Part shown: positions 1 to 8,322 of the stretch, one piece after another
Position numbering within the stretch: the stretch's first letter is position 1
Layout: every line of letters starts with the position of its first letter
Origin: Ignicoccus pacificus DSM 13166
Lineage (GTDB): Archaea; Thermoproteota; Thermoprotei_A; Sulfolobales; Ignicoccaceae
DNA length: 32,000 nucleotides
Direction of reading: 5' to 3'
Assembly: GCA_025340205.1 (NCBI GenBank)
Contig: CP006868.1
Span: forward strand, 1,230,001-1,262,000
Translations under genes and position numbers: made by a program
Notes under the pieces: model-generated
What the model was told of the DNA's origin: nothing
The model's input: the letters and a program-made list of their open reading frames with translations, nothing else
Database searches by the model: none

Positions 1-530
1 TCCAAGGCATCTATGGACTTAAGCAAGCTGTTTCCGGTGGTGGTGACGTCGTCGATAACTACCACCTTCTGACCTGGCTCTATTCCCTCAACCAACTTCT
101 TCTGCCCATACTCCTTCCTCTTGGGCCTTACGTATCCCATGGGCCAGCCTAGGGTAACCGAGAGGTGTGCTGCCAAGGGAATGCCTCCGGTAGCTACTCC
201 GGCCAAGCTCGCGTAGCTCACATGCTTCTTTATTTCAGCTGCCATTAACAAAGCGGCTATCCTAGCCAGTTTGGGAAAGCTCCAGAGCTTCCTCATGTCA
301 ACGTATATATTGCTCCTTTTACCAGAGGAGAGTATGAAGGTACCTTTCTTAACCAAACCGTATTCCCTTAACTTCCTGGCCAAGTAGTTCTTGAAGTAAC
401 AACATCCCAAGTTAAATACTAACATAGGCTCGTTGACTGCCTCGACTAGCGCCTCGGCGTCTAATAAGGATCCGGTCCACGGAAGCTCGCTCAGCACCGC
501 GATGTTGTAAGCTTCCATGTAGCGGTTCAT
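1..530 (-). CDS. Phosphoribosyltransferase, orotate-PRTase-like (C-terminus runs off the left edge of the window)
   Basis: Own minus-strand translation from the ATG at 530-528 gives ...KKGTFILSSGKRSNIYVDMRKL... and the PRPP-binding loop GQKVVVIDDVTTTGNSLLKSIDAL at the window edge. It is absent from the ORF track because there is no stop inside the window. An in-frame ATG at 425 is an alternative start. Confidence 0.6.
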   Translation of the reverse strand, partial: MNRYMEAYNIAVLSELPWTGSLLDAEALVEAVNEPMLVFNLGCCYFKNYLARKLREYGLVKKGTFILSSGKRSNIYVDMRKLWSFPKLARIAALLMAAEIKKHVSYASLAGVATGGIPLAAHLSVTLGWPMGYVRPKRKEYGQKKLVEGIEPGQKVVVIDDVTTTGNSLLKSIDAL

Positions 531-601
531 GTCCACAGCTTGCTACCCCGCTCTCTCACCGGGATACCTTTTAATATCCCAAAAGGTTTCAACCTCGAAC
601 C

Positions 602-1468
602 CTAGAACCACTCCCATCCTCTAGGCTCCAAGAGCCTCCCTCGGAAGTATACCCCTTCGCCTTCACTTACCTTTCCCGCCACGATACCTCCTATTCTTTT
701 AGCGAACTCCTCGGCGACATCGTTTTCGATAATGAAGACTGGTAAGTACTCCTCCCCAGAGAACAAGGCGTCCTCTAGGCTTACCTCTTCAGGCTTGGGA
801 ACGTCGAATAGGTCTATCCTAACTTTAGATGAGCTAGCTATTCTCCAAAGCGTTATGGCTAGGGAATCGCTAGAGTCGCTGGACGCGTGGATAAAATCAG
901 CGAACTCCTCAATGACATCAACCAACTCAATCCTTATCCTAGGCCTCTTGCAGTGTTCCAAGATCTCCCCTTCAGCTTCCCCTCTCAGACATGTGCTTAC
1001 ACATCCCCAGCAACCTCTCGGGATGACTAAGGAATCCCCCACCTTGGCTCCTCCTATCGGTATCGGCTTCTTAGCCGTCCCTATAGAAAAGACGTCTATC
1101 GCGTCCTCTCCCTTGTTGCTGTCGGCTCCCATGAAGATGAGGTCGTATTCCCTTATCGCCTCCAACGCCCCTTCGCTCAGCTCCTTTATTCCCTCAATTG
1201 AATTTGAATAAACGGAGAAGGAAGAGGCTAAAGGCCTTGCTCCCTTCGCTACCAAGTCGCTTAAGGAAGCTATTACTCCCCTCCAACCCACGTCCCTCAG
1301 ATCCATGAATTCCATCTTAACATCTTTGGCTCTAAATCCGTCGACGTTGGCACAAAGGAACGAATTCGTGAGCTTCAAGCACTCGCAGTCGTCTCCTAGA
1401 CCTAAGGCCCCGGTCCTCAGTTTCATCGACTTAGCCAGCTTTACTAACTCCTCCTCGACTCTTCCCAC
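602..1468 (-). CDS. AIR-synthase-related protein, thiamine-monophosphate kinase (ThiL)-like
   Basis: 288-aa ORF. The N-terminal GLGDDCECL...ANVDGFRAKDV pattern and the roughly 290-aa size resemble the ThiL/PurM-fold ATP-binding N-domain (GDDAA...ttD..ve..hF). This is motif-level recognition only. Confidence 0.5.
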   Translation of the reverse strand: MGRVEEELVKLAKSMKLRTGALGLGDDCECLKLTNSFLCANVDGFRAKDVKMEFMDLRDVGWRGVIASLSDLVAKGARPLASSFSVYSNSIEGIKELSEGALEAIREYDLIFMGADSNKGEDAIDVFSIGTAKKPIPIGGAKVGDSLVIPRGCWGCVSTCLRGEAEGEILEHCKRPRIRIELVDVIEEFADFIHASSDSSDSLAITLWRIASSSKVRIDLFDVPKPEEVSLEDALFSGEEYLPVFIIENDVAEEFAKRIGGIVAGKVSEGEGVYFRGRLLEPRGWEWF

Positions 1469-1483
1469 CAGGGTCCCCGAGAG

Positions 1484-1774
1484 TTGAGGAGGGTCGCGTT
1501 TTTGTGGGAGTCTGCCTTCGGCACCGCTTACGCGGCCTTGGGCTTCGATTGTAAGGATAGGGAGGATTGTGTGGAGAGAATTAAGGAAGCAAAGGAAATA
1601 TTGAAGGAACTCGATTCTAACCCCATCCTCACTTGGAGCTCCTACTACAAGATGTTCTTCTTGGTTACTAGGTTTGCGTTCCCAAAGGAAGAAGTAGAGA
1701 GGTTCTCGGAGAAGCTCTCAGTAAGCGGCTGGGAGGTGAAGTGGGGCAAGAGGGAGGAGGTGCTGGGGGAGTAA
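1484..1774 (+). CDS. Hypothetical protein (96 aa)
   Basis: ORF with a TTG start only 15 nt from the divergent ThiL-like start. No motif recognised. The coding call rests on native-looking codon usage only. Confidence 0.3.
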   Translation: MRRVAFLWESAFGTAYAALGFDCKDREDCVERIKEAKEILKELDSNPILTWSSYYKMFFLVTRFAFPKEEVERFSEKLSVSGWEVKWGKREEVLGE

Positions 1775-1833
1775 CCTCGCTTGGAATAACCCTAAAACTG
1801 CTCTCCGCGATTGCCGACTACATGGGGTAAGTT

Positions 1834-3024
1834 TTGATTCGAAGATATCTCTTGATTGTGTTAACACTTAGTACGCTAACCTTTGCCGTCCCTCTTAGAT
1901 CCTTAAATATGATAGGCACCTACACATTCGAGTTCTACGGGAGGGGCTTGGTCAAAATAGTCGATATAAAAGTAAATGCCAATCTTTTCAAGTTTTTCCT
2001 CCAGACTACGCCCGCTCCCGTGCAGCTGAAGCAAAACGTTGTTAGGATTACTTATCAAGGCCTAATGGTCGGACCAATACCTTTAGGGTACGTAAAGGAA
2101 ATGGTCAAAGTAAAGTTCAAGGTTGTTACTGATGTACCTCCGAGATATCAAGCGCTGAGGAACATCTTAGGACCCTTGGCAGATAAGCTCTTTATGATGT
2201 GTACCATAACTCCCAACTTCGCTCTAGCTGCAAAGACTGTGGGAGGTACCGCGGGCTTCTATTTAGCAAACAACATAAAATCGTTCTTCTTCTTTGCAAT
2301 TGCACCCTATAATGTTGTACTTAAACCCGGTGACACCTTTGAATTGGTCTACTTCCTCTCCACCACGCCTAGCGTAATAAGTCTCTACGGTAGGAGAGCT
2401 CTAAGCAATCAGTGCAAGTGGGGAGGACCGTGGCTCAGCTTGGTTCCGGACGTCTACAACTTCGGAGGACTTAAGGAATTGACGTTGAGGTACGGTTTCA
2501 TGATACCTGACGCCGTGAAACCGAAGGGATATTGGGATATACCTAAGAACTCTTACGTGGCTGTCAATATAGGAACTACGTTTAACTACCCCGACGTGGG
2601 CACTTGGACCCCCAGCAGGAGTCCCTCCGGTCTAATGACCGTACCCCCGATCGTGGCACCTGTATACATTACCTACACACAAGCTCAACCCCCCTTCCCT
2701 CTCAAGCTCCCAGCGACAATTCCCATAGCGGTGCTCCAGACTGTCGAGGTAGGCTTCCAAAGGAAATGCCCTGGAGACGTGGACTTGGATGGAAAGTACA
2801 CCCTCAGAGACTTCGAGGTCGTCGCGTGTCTAGCAAAGGTCTTAAGCGACACGAAGTTTTGTAAAGAAATACTCGACACCCTACCTCCTCACCTGGTCAA
2901 CCTCGCCACGTTGCTCGGCGATGTGGATAGCAATGGTGTTCTCAACAACGTTGATGCCTTGGTATTGTTGAATATGATAGGACAGAAGTGTCCCTATGCT
3001 GATTACGCACAAGGGATGGGATAA
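1834..3024 (+). CDS. Secreted protein with N-terminal signal/anchor and C-terminal dockerin-like (double Ca-binding loop) module
   Basis: The N-terminus is hydrophobic: MIRRYLLIVLTLSTLTFAVPL. The C-terminus carries two dockerin-type segments, GDVDLDGKYTLRDFEVV and GDVDSNGVLNNVDALVLLNMI, each matching D-x-D/N-x-D/N-G-x5-D followed by a helix. Confidence 0.7.
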   Translation: MIRRYLLIVLTLSTLTFAVPLRSLNMIGTYTFEFYGRGLVKIVDIKVNANLFKFFLQTTPAPVQLKQNVVRITYQGLMVGPIPLGYVKEMVKVKFKVVTDVPPRYQALRNILGPLADKLFMMCTITPNFALAAKTVGGTAGFYLANNIKSFFFFAIAPYNVVLKPGDTFELVYFLSTTPSVISLYGRRALSNQCKWGGPWLSLVPDVYNFGGLKELTLRYGFMIPDAVKPKGYWDIPKNSYVAVNIGTTFNYPDVGTWTPSRSPSGLMTVPPIVAPVYITYTQAQPPFPLKLPATIPIAVLQTVEVGFQRKCPGDVDLDGKYTLRDFEVVACLAKVLSDTKFCKEILDTLPPHLVNLATLLGDVDSNGVLNNVDALVLLNMIGQKCPYADYAQGMG

Positions 3025-3030
3025 AAAGAG

Positions 3031-3288
3031 TTACTCGTTCTTTTTCTTCTGAAGAGACTGGTAGAAGTACCACCACCTCCAGCCCCTTCCGGGTCCCCAC
3101 CAGTAAGGCGGGGGAACCTCCTCGCTGGAAGCTGGAGGTGCTGGGGGCGCGGGAGGCGCTGGAGGGGCCTCTACCTCGCCCTGCTGGTAAAGGTACCACC
3201 AGCACGGGCCGGGGCCTCCTCTGCCTCCCCATCCCCACTTCCTTCCTCTACCTCTGCCTCTTCCTCTACCAAAGCCGAACCAGCTCAT
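3031..3288 (-). CDS. Small low-complexity Gly/Arg/Trp/Pro-rich protein (85 aa)
   Basis: ATG start. A TATA-like box CTTTTATACT (plus-strand coordinates 3318-3327) lies 29 nt upstream. Internal repeat GPGPCWWYLYQQ / GPGRGWRWWYFYQS flanks a PPAPPAPPAPPA linker. N-terminal (GR)n run. Confidence 0.5.
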   Translation of the reverse strand: MSWFGFGRGRGRGRGRKWGWGGRGGPGPCWWYLYQQGEVEAPPAPPAPPAPPASSEEVPPPYWWGPGRGWRWWYFYQSLQKKKNE

Positions 3289-3317
3289 CTCACATCCCAG
3301 TTAGGTATGCCTAACAG

Positions 3318-3327
3318 AGTATAAAAG
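3318..3327 (-). promoter_or_regulatory. TATA-box-like element for the 3031-3288 gene
   Basis: CTTTTATACT on the minus strand, 29 nt upstream of the ATG. This is the same spacing seen at other genes in the window. Confidence 0.4.
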
Positions 3328-3426
3328 TGCATGTTCTCTAACGTTCCTATTTAAAGAGAACTTTTGCGGGACTGATACCTAAATAAGGTAATAGATAAGC
3401 AAAACTTTCGGGGGGTTGTGAGAGGC

Positions 3427-3434
3427 TTTAAAAG
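3427..3434 (+). promoter_or_regulatory. TATA-box-like element for the 3461-3763 gene
   Basis: TTTAAAAG ends 26 nt upstream of the ATG at 3461, consistent with a leaderless transcript. Confidence 0.4.
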
Positions 3435-3460
3435 GACCCCTCTTAGATGGGTAGCTGGAG

Positions 3461-3763
3461 ATGAGTTCCCCCCTTCAAGAACCCCGCCGGTCATCTAGTT
3501 CCTTGAACGGGATATCGGTGAAGGTAGTCATTCGTTACGACCCTCATGATCCCCTCGCTAAGGGAATAGCAAGAGTGCTCAAGAAGTACGCAGAAGAGAA
3601 GGGGCTTCAAGCAGAAATGATCGAGGATGGAAAGGACAGTAAATCAAAAATCGTGGTGGAAAGCTTCTGGGGCAGAGGAACGGGACTCGTCGGAGGCATG
3701 GAAGTAATCGAGGGTACATACATCGACGTACAGAGGTTACAAGCGGTAGACAACAAACAATAA
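3461..3763 (+). CDS. Hypothetical protein (100 aa)
   Basis: ATG ORF preceded by a TATA-like box at the leaderless distance. No motif recognised. Confidence 0.45.
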   Translation: MSSPLQEPRRSSSSLNGISVKVVIRYDPHDPLAKGIARVLKKYAEEKGLQAEMIEDGKDSKSKIVVESFWGRGTGLVGGMEVIEGTYIDVQRLQAVDNKQ

Positions 3764-3789
3764 AGCCCTTTTGCAATTTGCTAGGGATC

Positions 3790-5736
3790 TTATCCTTCTA
3801 GTTTTATTAAATATTTGAACTTTCTCTCCAGTTCTTCCTTAGAAGCAATGGTTACCACTACTGTACCTCCACCAGCCGTCGTGAAGGGGCCCTTGCCATG
3901 AGTTTCCCCAAACGCGGTAACCGCTTCCTTGTTGAATTCGTCGTAAATAATTCGGATTATACTCCTTTTGTTCTCACAGTCTGATGCATCCGAATACTCC
4001 AAAGAGTTATATTTCTCAAGACATTTCTCCTTTATCTCGTTTAGGTCTACCCTTTCCCCTGTTCGTTGATGTATCCAACTAGAGGTTATGATTGCCTTTC
4101 CCTTTACCGAGTTCGTTGAGGGATTTTTCTGTAAGGCATCAAAGGTGTCTTTGTCTAGGGGCGTGGGTATGAGTAGATAAACGGTACCCATAGCTCTGGC
4201 CTTCGCTCTTTGAATCTCCGCCTCGACGCCGCCACCCATATGAATGAGGAAATCCATATTCAAAGCGGATTCGCCGTCATGATCAGTAACGTTGATGGTA
4301 TACAAGATCGGAAGTATAACGATTAGTATATCTGACTGTTCCACGTACAAATAGTCGCGGAGCTCTATCTGCGAGTTTATCTGATTTAACATCTCCTGCG
4401 CTATGTATGAATGTTCAAGTACCTCAAACATTATATCAAGAGCTAGGGCCCGTCTGAACCTCTTGTTGACATACTTTAGGAATCCTAGTTCATCATGTAG
4501 CGGTTTGCACTTTTGGTCACAAGAGGGGTACAGAACTTTAGGATGACCTCTGTTAATTACATTCACATAGAACTCAACGTCTTCGAAGGGCCATCTGTTC
4601 ATACAATCAATTACCATGCTCAGTTTCTTGTCTTCTTCGCCCTCAGATCCCTTGGGCTCTTCTCCTAGGAGAGCGGCTTCTATCTCCTCCACTAGACTCT
4701 TACATGTCTCAAGTTTCTTAAAGTAATCAGTCTCATCTTTTCCACTCATCTCATCTTGCATTAACTTTGCGAAGAAAACTCGACCATGCCCCCTTTTTAC
4801 GTTTTCGAGCACCAATTCATCGATAGTAGTTGGTTCGAAGAGTATTAGTTTGGGGAAGAAGTCACGTAACAACTTCTTCGTTTTTTCAATTACATCACAA
4901 ACGCCCTTAACGTCCTTAAGTGGTTGGTCCTCCCTTCTAATTCTCCTGAAAATCGAGATTGGATGGGATACGTAGGCTTTCGTGTAACTTAAGGCATCTT
5001 CAAGATCGGAAGCTAACATTTCAAAGAACCTTATGTGGGTGTCTAGAGGGTACTTCAATGCAAAGATGTAGAATTCAAAGGGCTTTACGAAGCTCAATTT
5101 ACTCCCTTTATCAAGAGCTAGCTCTTGGGAGGAAGTCAAGAAAGTCAAGATATTCACGTCTGCGGCTCTCCACGACATTATCAAGAGGGGATCGATTGGG
5201 TAAACGTCGTCTTTCCGGATGTTGCGACCATTGACGTGCCCTGGCGAGAGGATCTTCTTCAGTTCTTCTTGCCTCTCGGCCAGCCTTCTTAGGATGTCGT
5301 ACCAATCATCGAACAGATAAATTACCTTCACTTCCTCAGCCAACTCTAACAGGGCGGGAAGTATGGGGTTAGGGACTAGCTCATTGGAAGTCGTAATATA
5401 GGATATATGAGTTATGAGTATGACGTGCTTAACGCCATCTTCAGAGTCGCATTTAAGGTTATGACACATCAGCTTGAGAGCTTCCTTGAAGCGATTTAAG
5501 AAGGCTGAGCGGGAGAGGTGTGCGAAGTCTAAGATTATTGGTATTATGTCCACCTTAGTTAACTCTCTTAAATAGTTTTTTTCGAAGTTTATAATTTTGA
5601 ACTTCTTCAGAGGGGAGTCAGGGTTTCTCTCGAGAGCTGCAGCTACTACCTCTCTAACGTAGTTCGAGAGGTTGAGGCCAGTAATGCCAGCAACTACGAT
5701 GATCTTCTTGAGAGGCTTTTGCACGAGCTCTCCCAA
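3790..5736 (-). CDS. Large uncharacterised protein (648 aa); weak hints of an N-terminal degenerate P-loop/Rossmann-like module and a C-terminal NDT/TIR-like Rossmannoid module
   Basis: A long uninterrupted ORF in a lower-GC region (one 60-nt line counted at 25/60 GC). TTG start at 5736 with GTG 12 nt downstream as an alternative. Own TATA-like box at 5764-5773. Motifs seen: KKIIVVAGITGLNLS, VKVIYLFDDWYD, AYVSHPIS, EQSDILIVILP, GGGVEAEIQRAKARAMGTVYLLIP. Confidence 0.8.
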   Translation of the reverse strand: MGELVQKPLKKIIVVAGITGLNLSNYVREVVAAALERNPDSPLKKFKIINFEKNYLRELTKVDIIPIILDFAHLSRSAFLNRFKEALKLMCHNLKCDSEDGVKHVILITHISYITTSNELVPNPILPALLELAEEVKVIYLFDDWYDILRRLAERQEELKKILSPGHVNGRNIRKDDVYPIDPLLIMSWRAADVNILTFLTSSQELALDKGSKLSFVKPFEFYIFALKYPLDTHIRFFEMLASDLEDALSYTKAYVSHPISIFRRIRREDQPLKDVKGVCDVIEKTKKLLRDFFPKLILFEPTTIDELVLENVKRGHGRVFFAKLMQDEMSGKDETDYFKKLETCKSLVEEIEAALLGEEPKGSEGEEDKKLSMVIDCMNRWPFEDVEFYVNVINRGHPKVLYPSCDQKCKPLHDELGFLKYVNKRFRRALALDIMFEVLEHSYIAQEMLNQINSQIELRDYLYVEQSDILIVILPILYTINVTDHDGESALNMDFLIHMGGGVEAEIQRAKARAMGTVYLLIPTPLDKDTFDALQKNPSTNSVKGKAIITSSWIHQRTGERVDLNEIKEKCLEKYNSLEYSDASDCENKRSIIRIIYDEFNKEAVTAFGETHGKGPFTTAGGGTVVVTIASKEELERKFKYLIKLEG

Positions 5737-5763
5737 GAGGAATGTAGACTGCGTGGTTATAGG

Positions 5764-5773
5764 GATTTATGAA
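5764..5773 (-). promoter_or_regulatory. TATA-box-like element (TTCATAAATC) for the 648-aa gene
   Basis: Lies 27 nt upstream of the TTG at 5736. It shares the core ATTCATAAA with the box upstream of the 786-aa gene. Confidence 0.45.
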
Positions 5774-5859
5774 TAAGAAGAAGACAGATTAACTTGGAGA
5801 GTATCAAATTCTAAAAATCTTGCTCAAGTAATGTTTGAGACATCTTTGTTTTCTTTTTC

Positions 5860-5887
5860 TGTAGAGACATATACACGTGTCTCTACA
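5860..5887. other. Perfect 10-bp stem / 8-nt loop hairpin in the spacer between the two large genes
   Basis: TGTAGAGACA (5860-5869) pairs with TGTCTCTACA (5878-5887). It is flanked by the 11-nt direct repeat CAAGTAATGTT at 5825-5835 and 5886-5896. Confidence 0.6.
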
Positions 5888-5933
5888 AGTAATGTTAATA
5901 TCCTTCGATTGCTGGGTAAAGGTAGTTCTCGCC

Positions 5934-8294
5934 CTATTTATGGCGAGAAGCCTCGTAAAAGTGTTGTGGTAAAAGTGTACATTCAGCCTTGAATAGTGCT
6001 ATCCAAGGGAAGATACAACGATCGAGTATCTCGTTATTCGTGTTTATACTTTCACATAATAATGAATCTCCTCCTAGGGAGTATTTCAAGTCGCTTTTTA
6101 TCAGTCCGACTAATCGTTCATGTAGTTTCATGTGAGGTCTCGTTTCTTTTCCTGAACCTCCGATCATCGCTACTAAGCATGACTTCCCTACTGTTTCATT
6201 GATGACACTTTCCATATTTTTACATTTTTCCTCTTGTAGACGCGATAAGAGGAACCTTACTATTAAAGCCATTACGTTAGAGTGGGTACCATATTTCTCT
6301 TCTGTACCTCCCGGTGATAAATCACGAAGAATATCTGAAATTAAAGACTTTTCGCAAGGTGAATTGTTCTCACGCAATAAGAGTAGTGTCATATAATAGA
6401 AGAGTCCATTTTCCTTTCTCCATTCATTACTTAAGAAAGACAAGATGTCGGCGACCTCGCAGTAACCCAAAGACACTTTGCCTGCACTTTTACACTTTCT
6501 TTTTTCTACTATGTATTTCCTCATCAATTTCTTCATACTCTTGCCTCCTGTTGGTCTTTTAAAGACTTCAATTATTTCCATTCCTAATATCAATATTCTT
6601 AGTATCTGGATTGTAAGTATCATCGATGAAATTAACTTTATGCGGCATTGAAGCCTCTTTTTAGCAGTTATATCTGGAGAAGAATAATCATTGACACACT
6701 GTCTAATTTGCTTTATCATATTAGAGAAGAGTTTGGTAATATCGGTCCCGAATAATTCTCTAATAATTAGATCCGAGGGAAGTACATTGGAGATTAGCTG
6801 CTCAACCTTACTGATGAGCTTATAAGCTTCAGTTATACCGTATTCTTCTGTGACTATATCGTTCTTGATTGCCAATATATTTCTTACACCCAAGTTGTTA
6901 TCCATAGCACTAATAATGCTAGATATGAGAGGAAATAAATCCCAAAGGGTCTCACCTTTCTTCTCACTACCATAACAACCTTTCCACCTTCCTTGTTCTA
7001 CTTCTTCTTTTATAGAGTTCCATTTCTCGATGATTGTTGATATCTCTTCTGCACTTACTTTAATAACTTTTTGCAAAATACTATACAATTCGAGGAAAGA
7101 AGAGGGGCTTATTAATGTTAATAATCTGTGGATGATTTCATCTACATACTCTTCAGGTAATTCTTTATTAGCTTGTTGCTTAAATCCACTTAATAATTCT
7201 TGTTGGAGAGTATAGAGAAATTTAGGCATACTTATTTTTCCTTCTGAGGTATCTGCTTCTACTATTTCGTCTCCTTTCTTCTCGACATTCTCTAGCTGGC
7301 TTTCTAAAATGTTCCCGATAGTCACCCAGATCCCCTCTAGGAGACCATAGTAAGAAGGTGGAGGAATGATTGCTATCGGAAAATTCTCTTTATTTACTAT
7401 TTTCTTCAGTATCTTAAACGTCATAGAGAGAGGAAAAATTACCTCCCAGTTGGGTAAGCTTCTCGGAGTATAGTAACTTAGTTCTGTCATAATCGTTTCT
7501 TGTTCTAGAAAATGTATTTTTTGAGAAAGAACACAGTCATACTTTTCTTTTAGAAGCCAATAAAGTATTATAAGCCGAGCGAATTCGTTTATATATATTA
7601 TTTCTGTATTATTACTCCGTTCCTGCTTAGCGATCTCACACAGTTTCGCAGCTACTGCGTTTAATGACTGGACCACAGTAATTGTTAGACCTCGTTTCCC
7701 GAGAACAATAGAGTGAATGGTATCCATGATCTTTTGCACAGCAGTTGAGTTTTCGAAGTTGAGGTACTTAAATGATCTTATAAACCAGTAAAGGAAAGAC
7801 AAGGCACTAAATTCTTCTATGGATAGTCGTAAGGGTTTTAGGTCGCGTAACCTCCCTAACTTGTTGCGCGTTCTAATGATTCCTTTTTCTACTTCAATTT
7901 TATGCAAACCAAACATGCTGTATAACATTCCAAAGGTTGCAAATGCGGTTGAATCACTCAGATAACCCAATCTGGTCCGTGGATTTTCTATATCATCAAG
8001 AATAATATAAATACTGTTGCTTGGTAAGTAATGTCTAACGTTCGACAACAGATTGGCGACATATATGGTACTCGAGGGTACTAGGCTAAGGAGAATTATT
8101 TTGTTTATGTGGTTTCTGATATCAAAATGTTCCATCACATGACTAAGATCTTCGTCATCTATTATATCTTTTATCACATCTCTTGCTCGGATAACTATAT
8201 TTTTCTCAATCCCATCATTCAGATGAGGGATTACTCTATCGAGTAACTGTAATATCACCTCCAATGTGTGAGTTATAGAGGTAGGTTCCTCCAT
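5934..8294 (-). CDS. Very large uncharacterised, apparently all-helical protein (786 aa)
   Basis: A long uninterrupted ATG ORF in the most AT-rich part of the window (single 60-nt lines counted at 17/60 and 25/60 GC, against 30/60 in alaS). Own TATA-like box at 8323-8332. No catalytic motif recognised. Confidence 0.8.
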   Translation of the reverse strand: MEEPTSITHTLEVILQLLDRVIPHLNDGIEKNIVIRARDVIKDIIDDEDLSHVMEHFDIRNHINKIILLSLVPSSTIYVANLLSNVRHYLPSNSIYIILDDIENPRTRLGYLSDSTAFATFGMLYSMFGLHKIEVEKGIIRTRNKLGRLRDLKPLRLSIEEFSALSFLYWFIRSFKYLNFENSTAVQKIMDTIHSIVLGKRGLTITVVQSLNAVAAKLCEIAKQERSNNTEIIYINEFARLIILYWLLKEKYDCVLSQKIHFLEQETIMTELSYYTPRSLPNWEVIFPLSMTFKILKKIVNKENFPIAIIPPPSYYGLLEGIWVTIGNILESQLENVEKKGDEIVEADTSEGKISMPKFLYTLQQELLSGFKQQANKELPEEYVDEIIHRLLTLISPSSFLELYSILQKVIKVSAEEISTIIEKWNSIKEEVEQGRWKGCYGSEKKGETLWDLFPLISSIISAMDNNLGVRNILAIKNDIVTEEYGITEAYKLISKVEQLISNVLPSDLIIRELFGTDITKLFSNMIKQIRQCVNDYSSPDITAKKRLQCRIKLISSMILTIQILRILILGMEIIEVFKRPTGGKSMKKLMRKYIVEKRKCKSAGKVSLGYCEVADILSFLSNEWRKENGLFYYMTLLLLRENNSPCEKSLISDILRDLSPGGTEEKYGTHSNVMALIVRFLLSRLQEEKCKNMESVINETVGKSCLVAMIGGSGKETRPHMKLHERLVGLIKSDLKYSLGGDSLLCESINTNNEILDRCIFPWIALFKAECTLLPQHFYEASRHK

Positions 8295-8322
8295 GGTATC
8301 CCAGACACCTTTTGGTTTTACA

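Noticed and set aside
2604-3238. ORFs at 2604-2864, 2685-2879 and 2942-3238 (Arg/Pro/Gly-rich).
   Set aside because: These are alternative-frame or antisense shadows of the dockerin-protein gene and of the 3031-3288 low-complexity gene. They have no TATA or SD support. The 3031-3288 frame has the ATG and the promoter box.
6160-6190. GGSGKET in the 786-aa protein as a possible Walker A motif.
   Set aside because: It does not fit [AG]xxxxGK[ST], because Glu follows the Lys and the spacing is wrong. No Walker B-like strand lies nearby.
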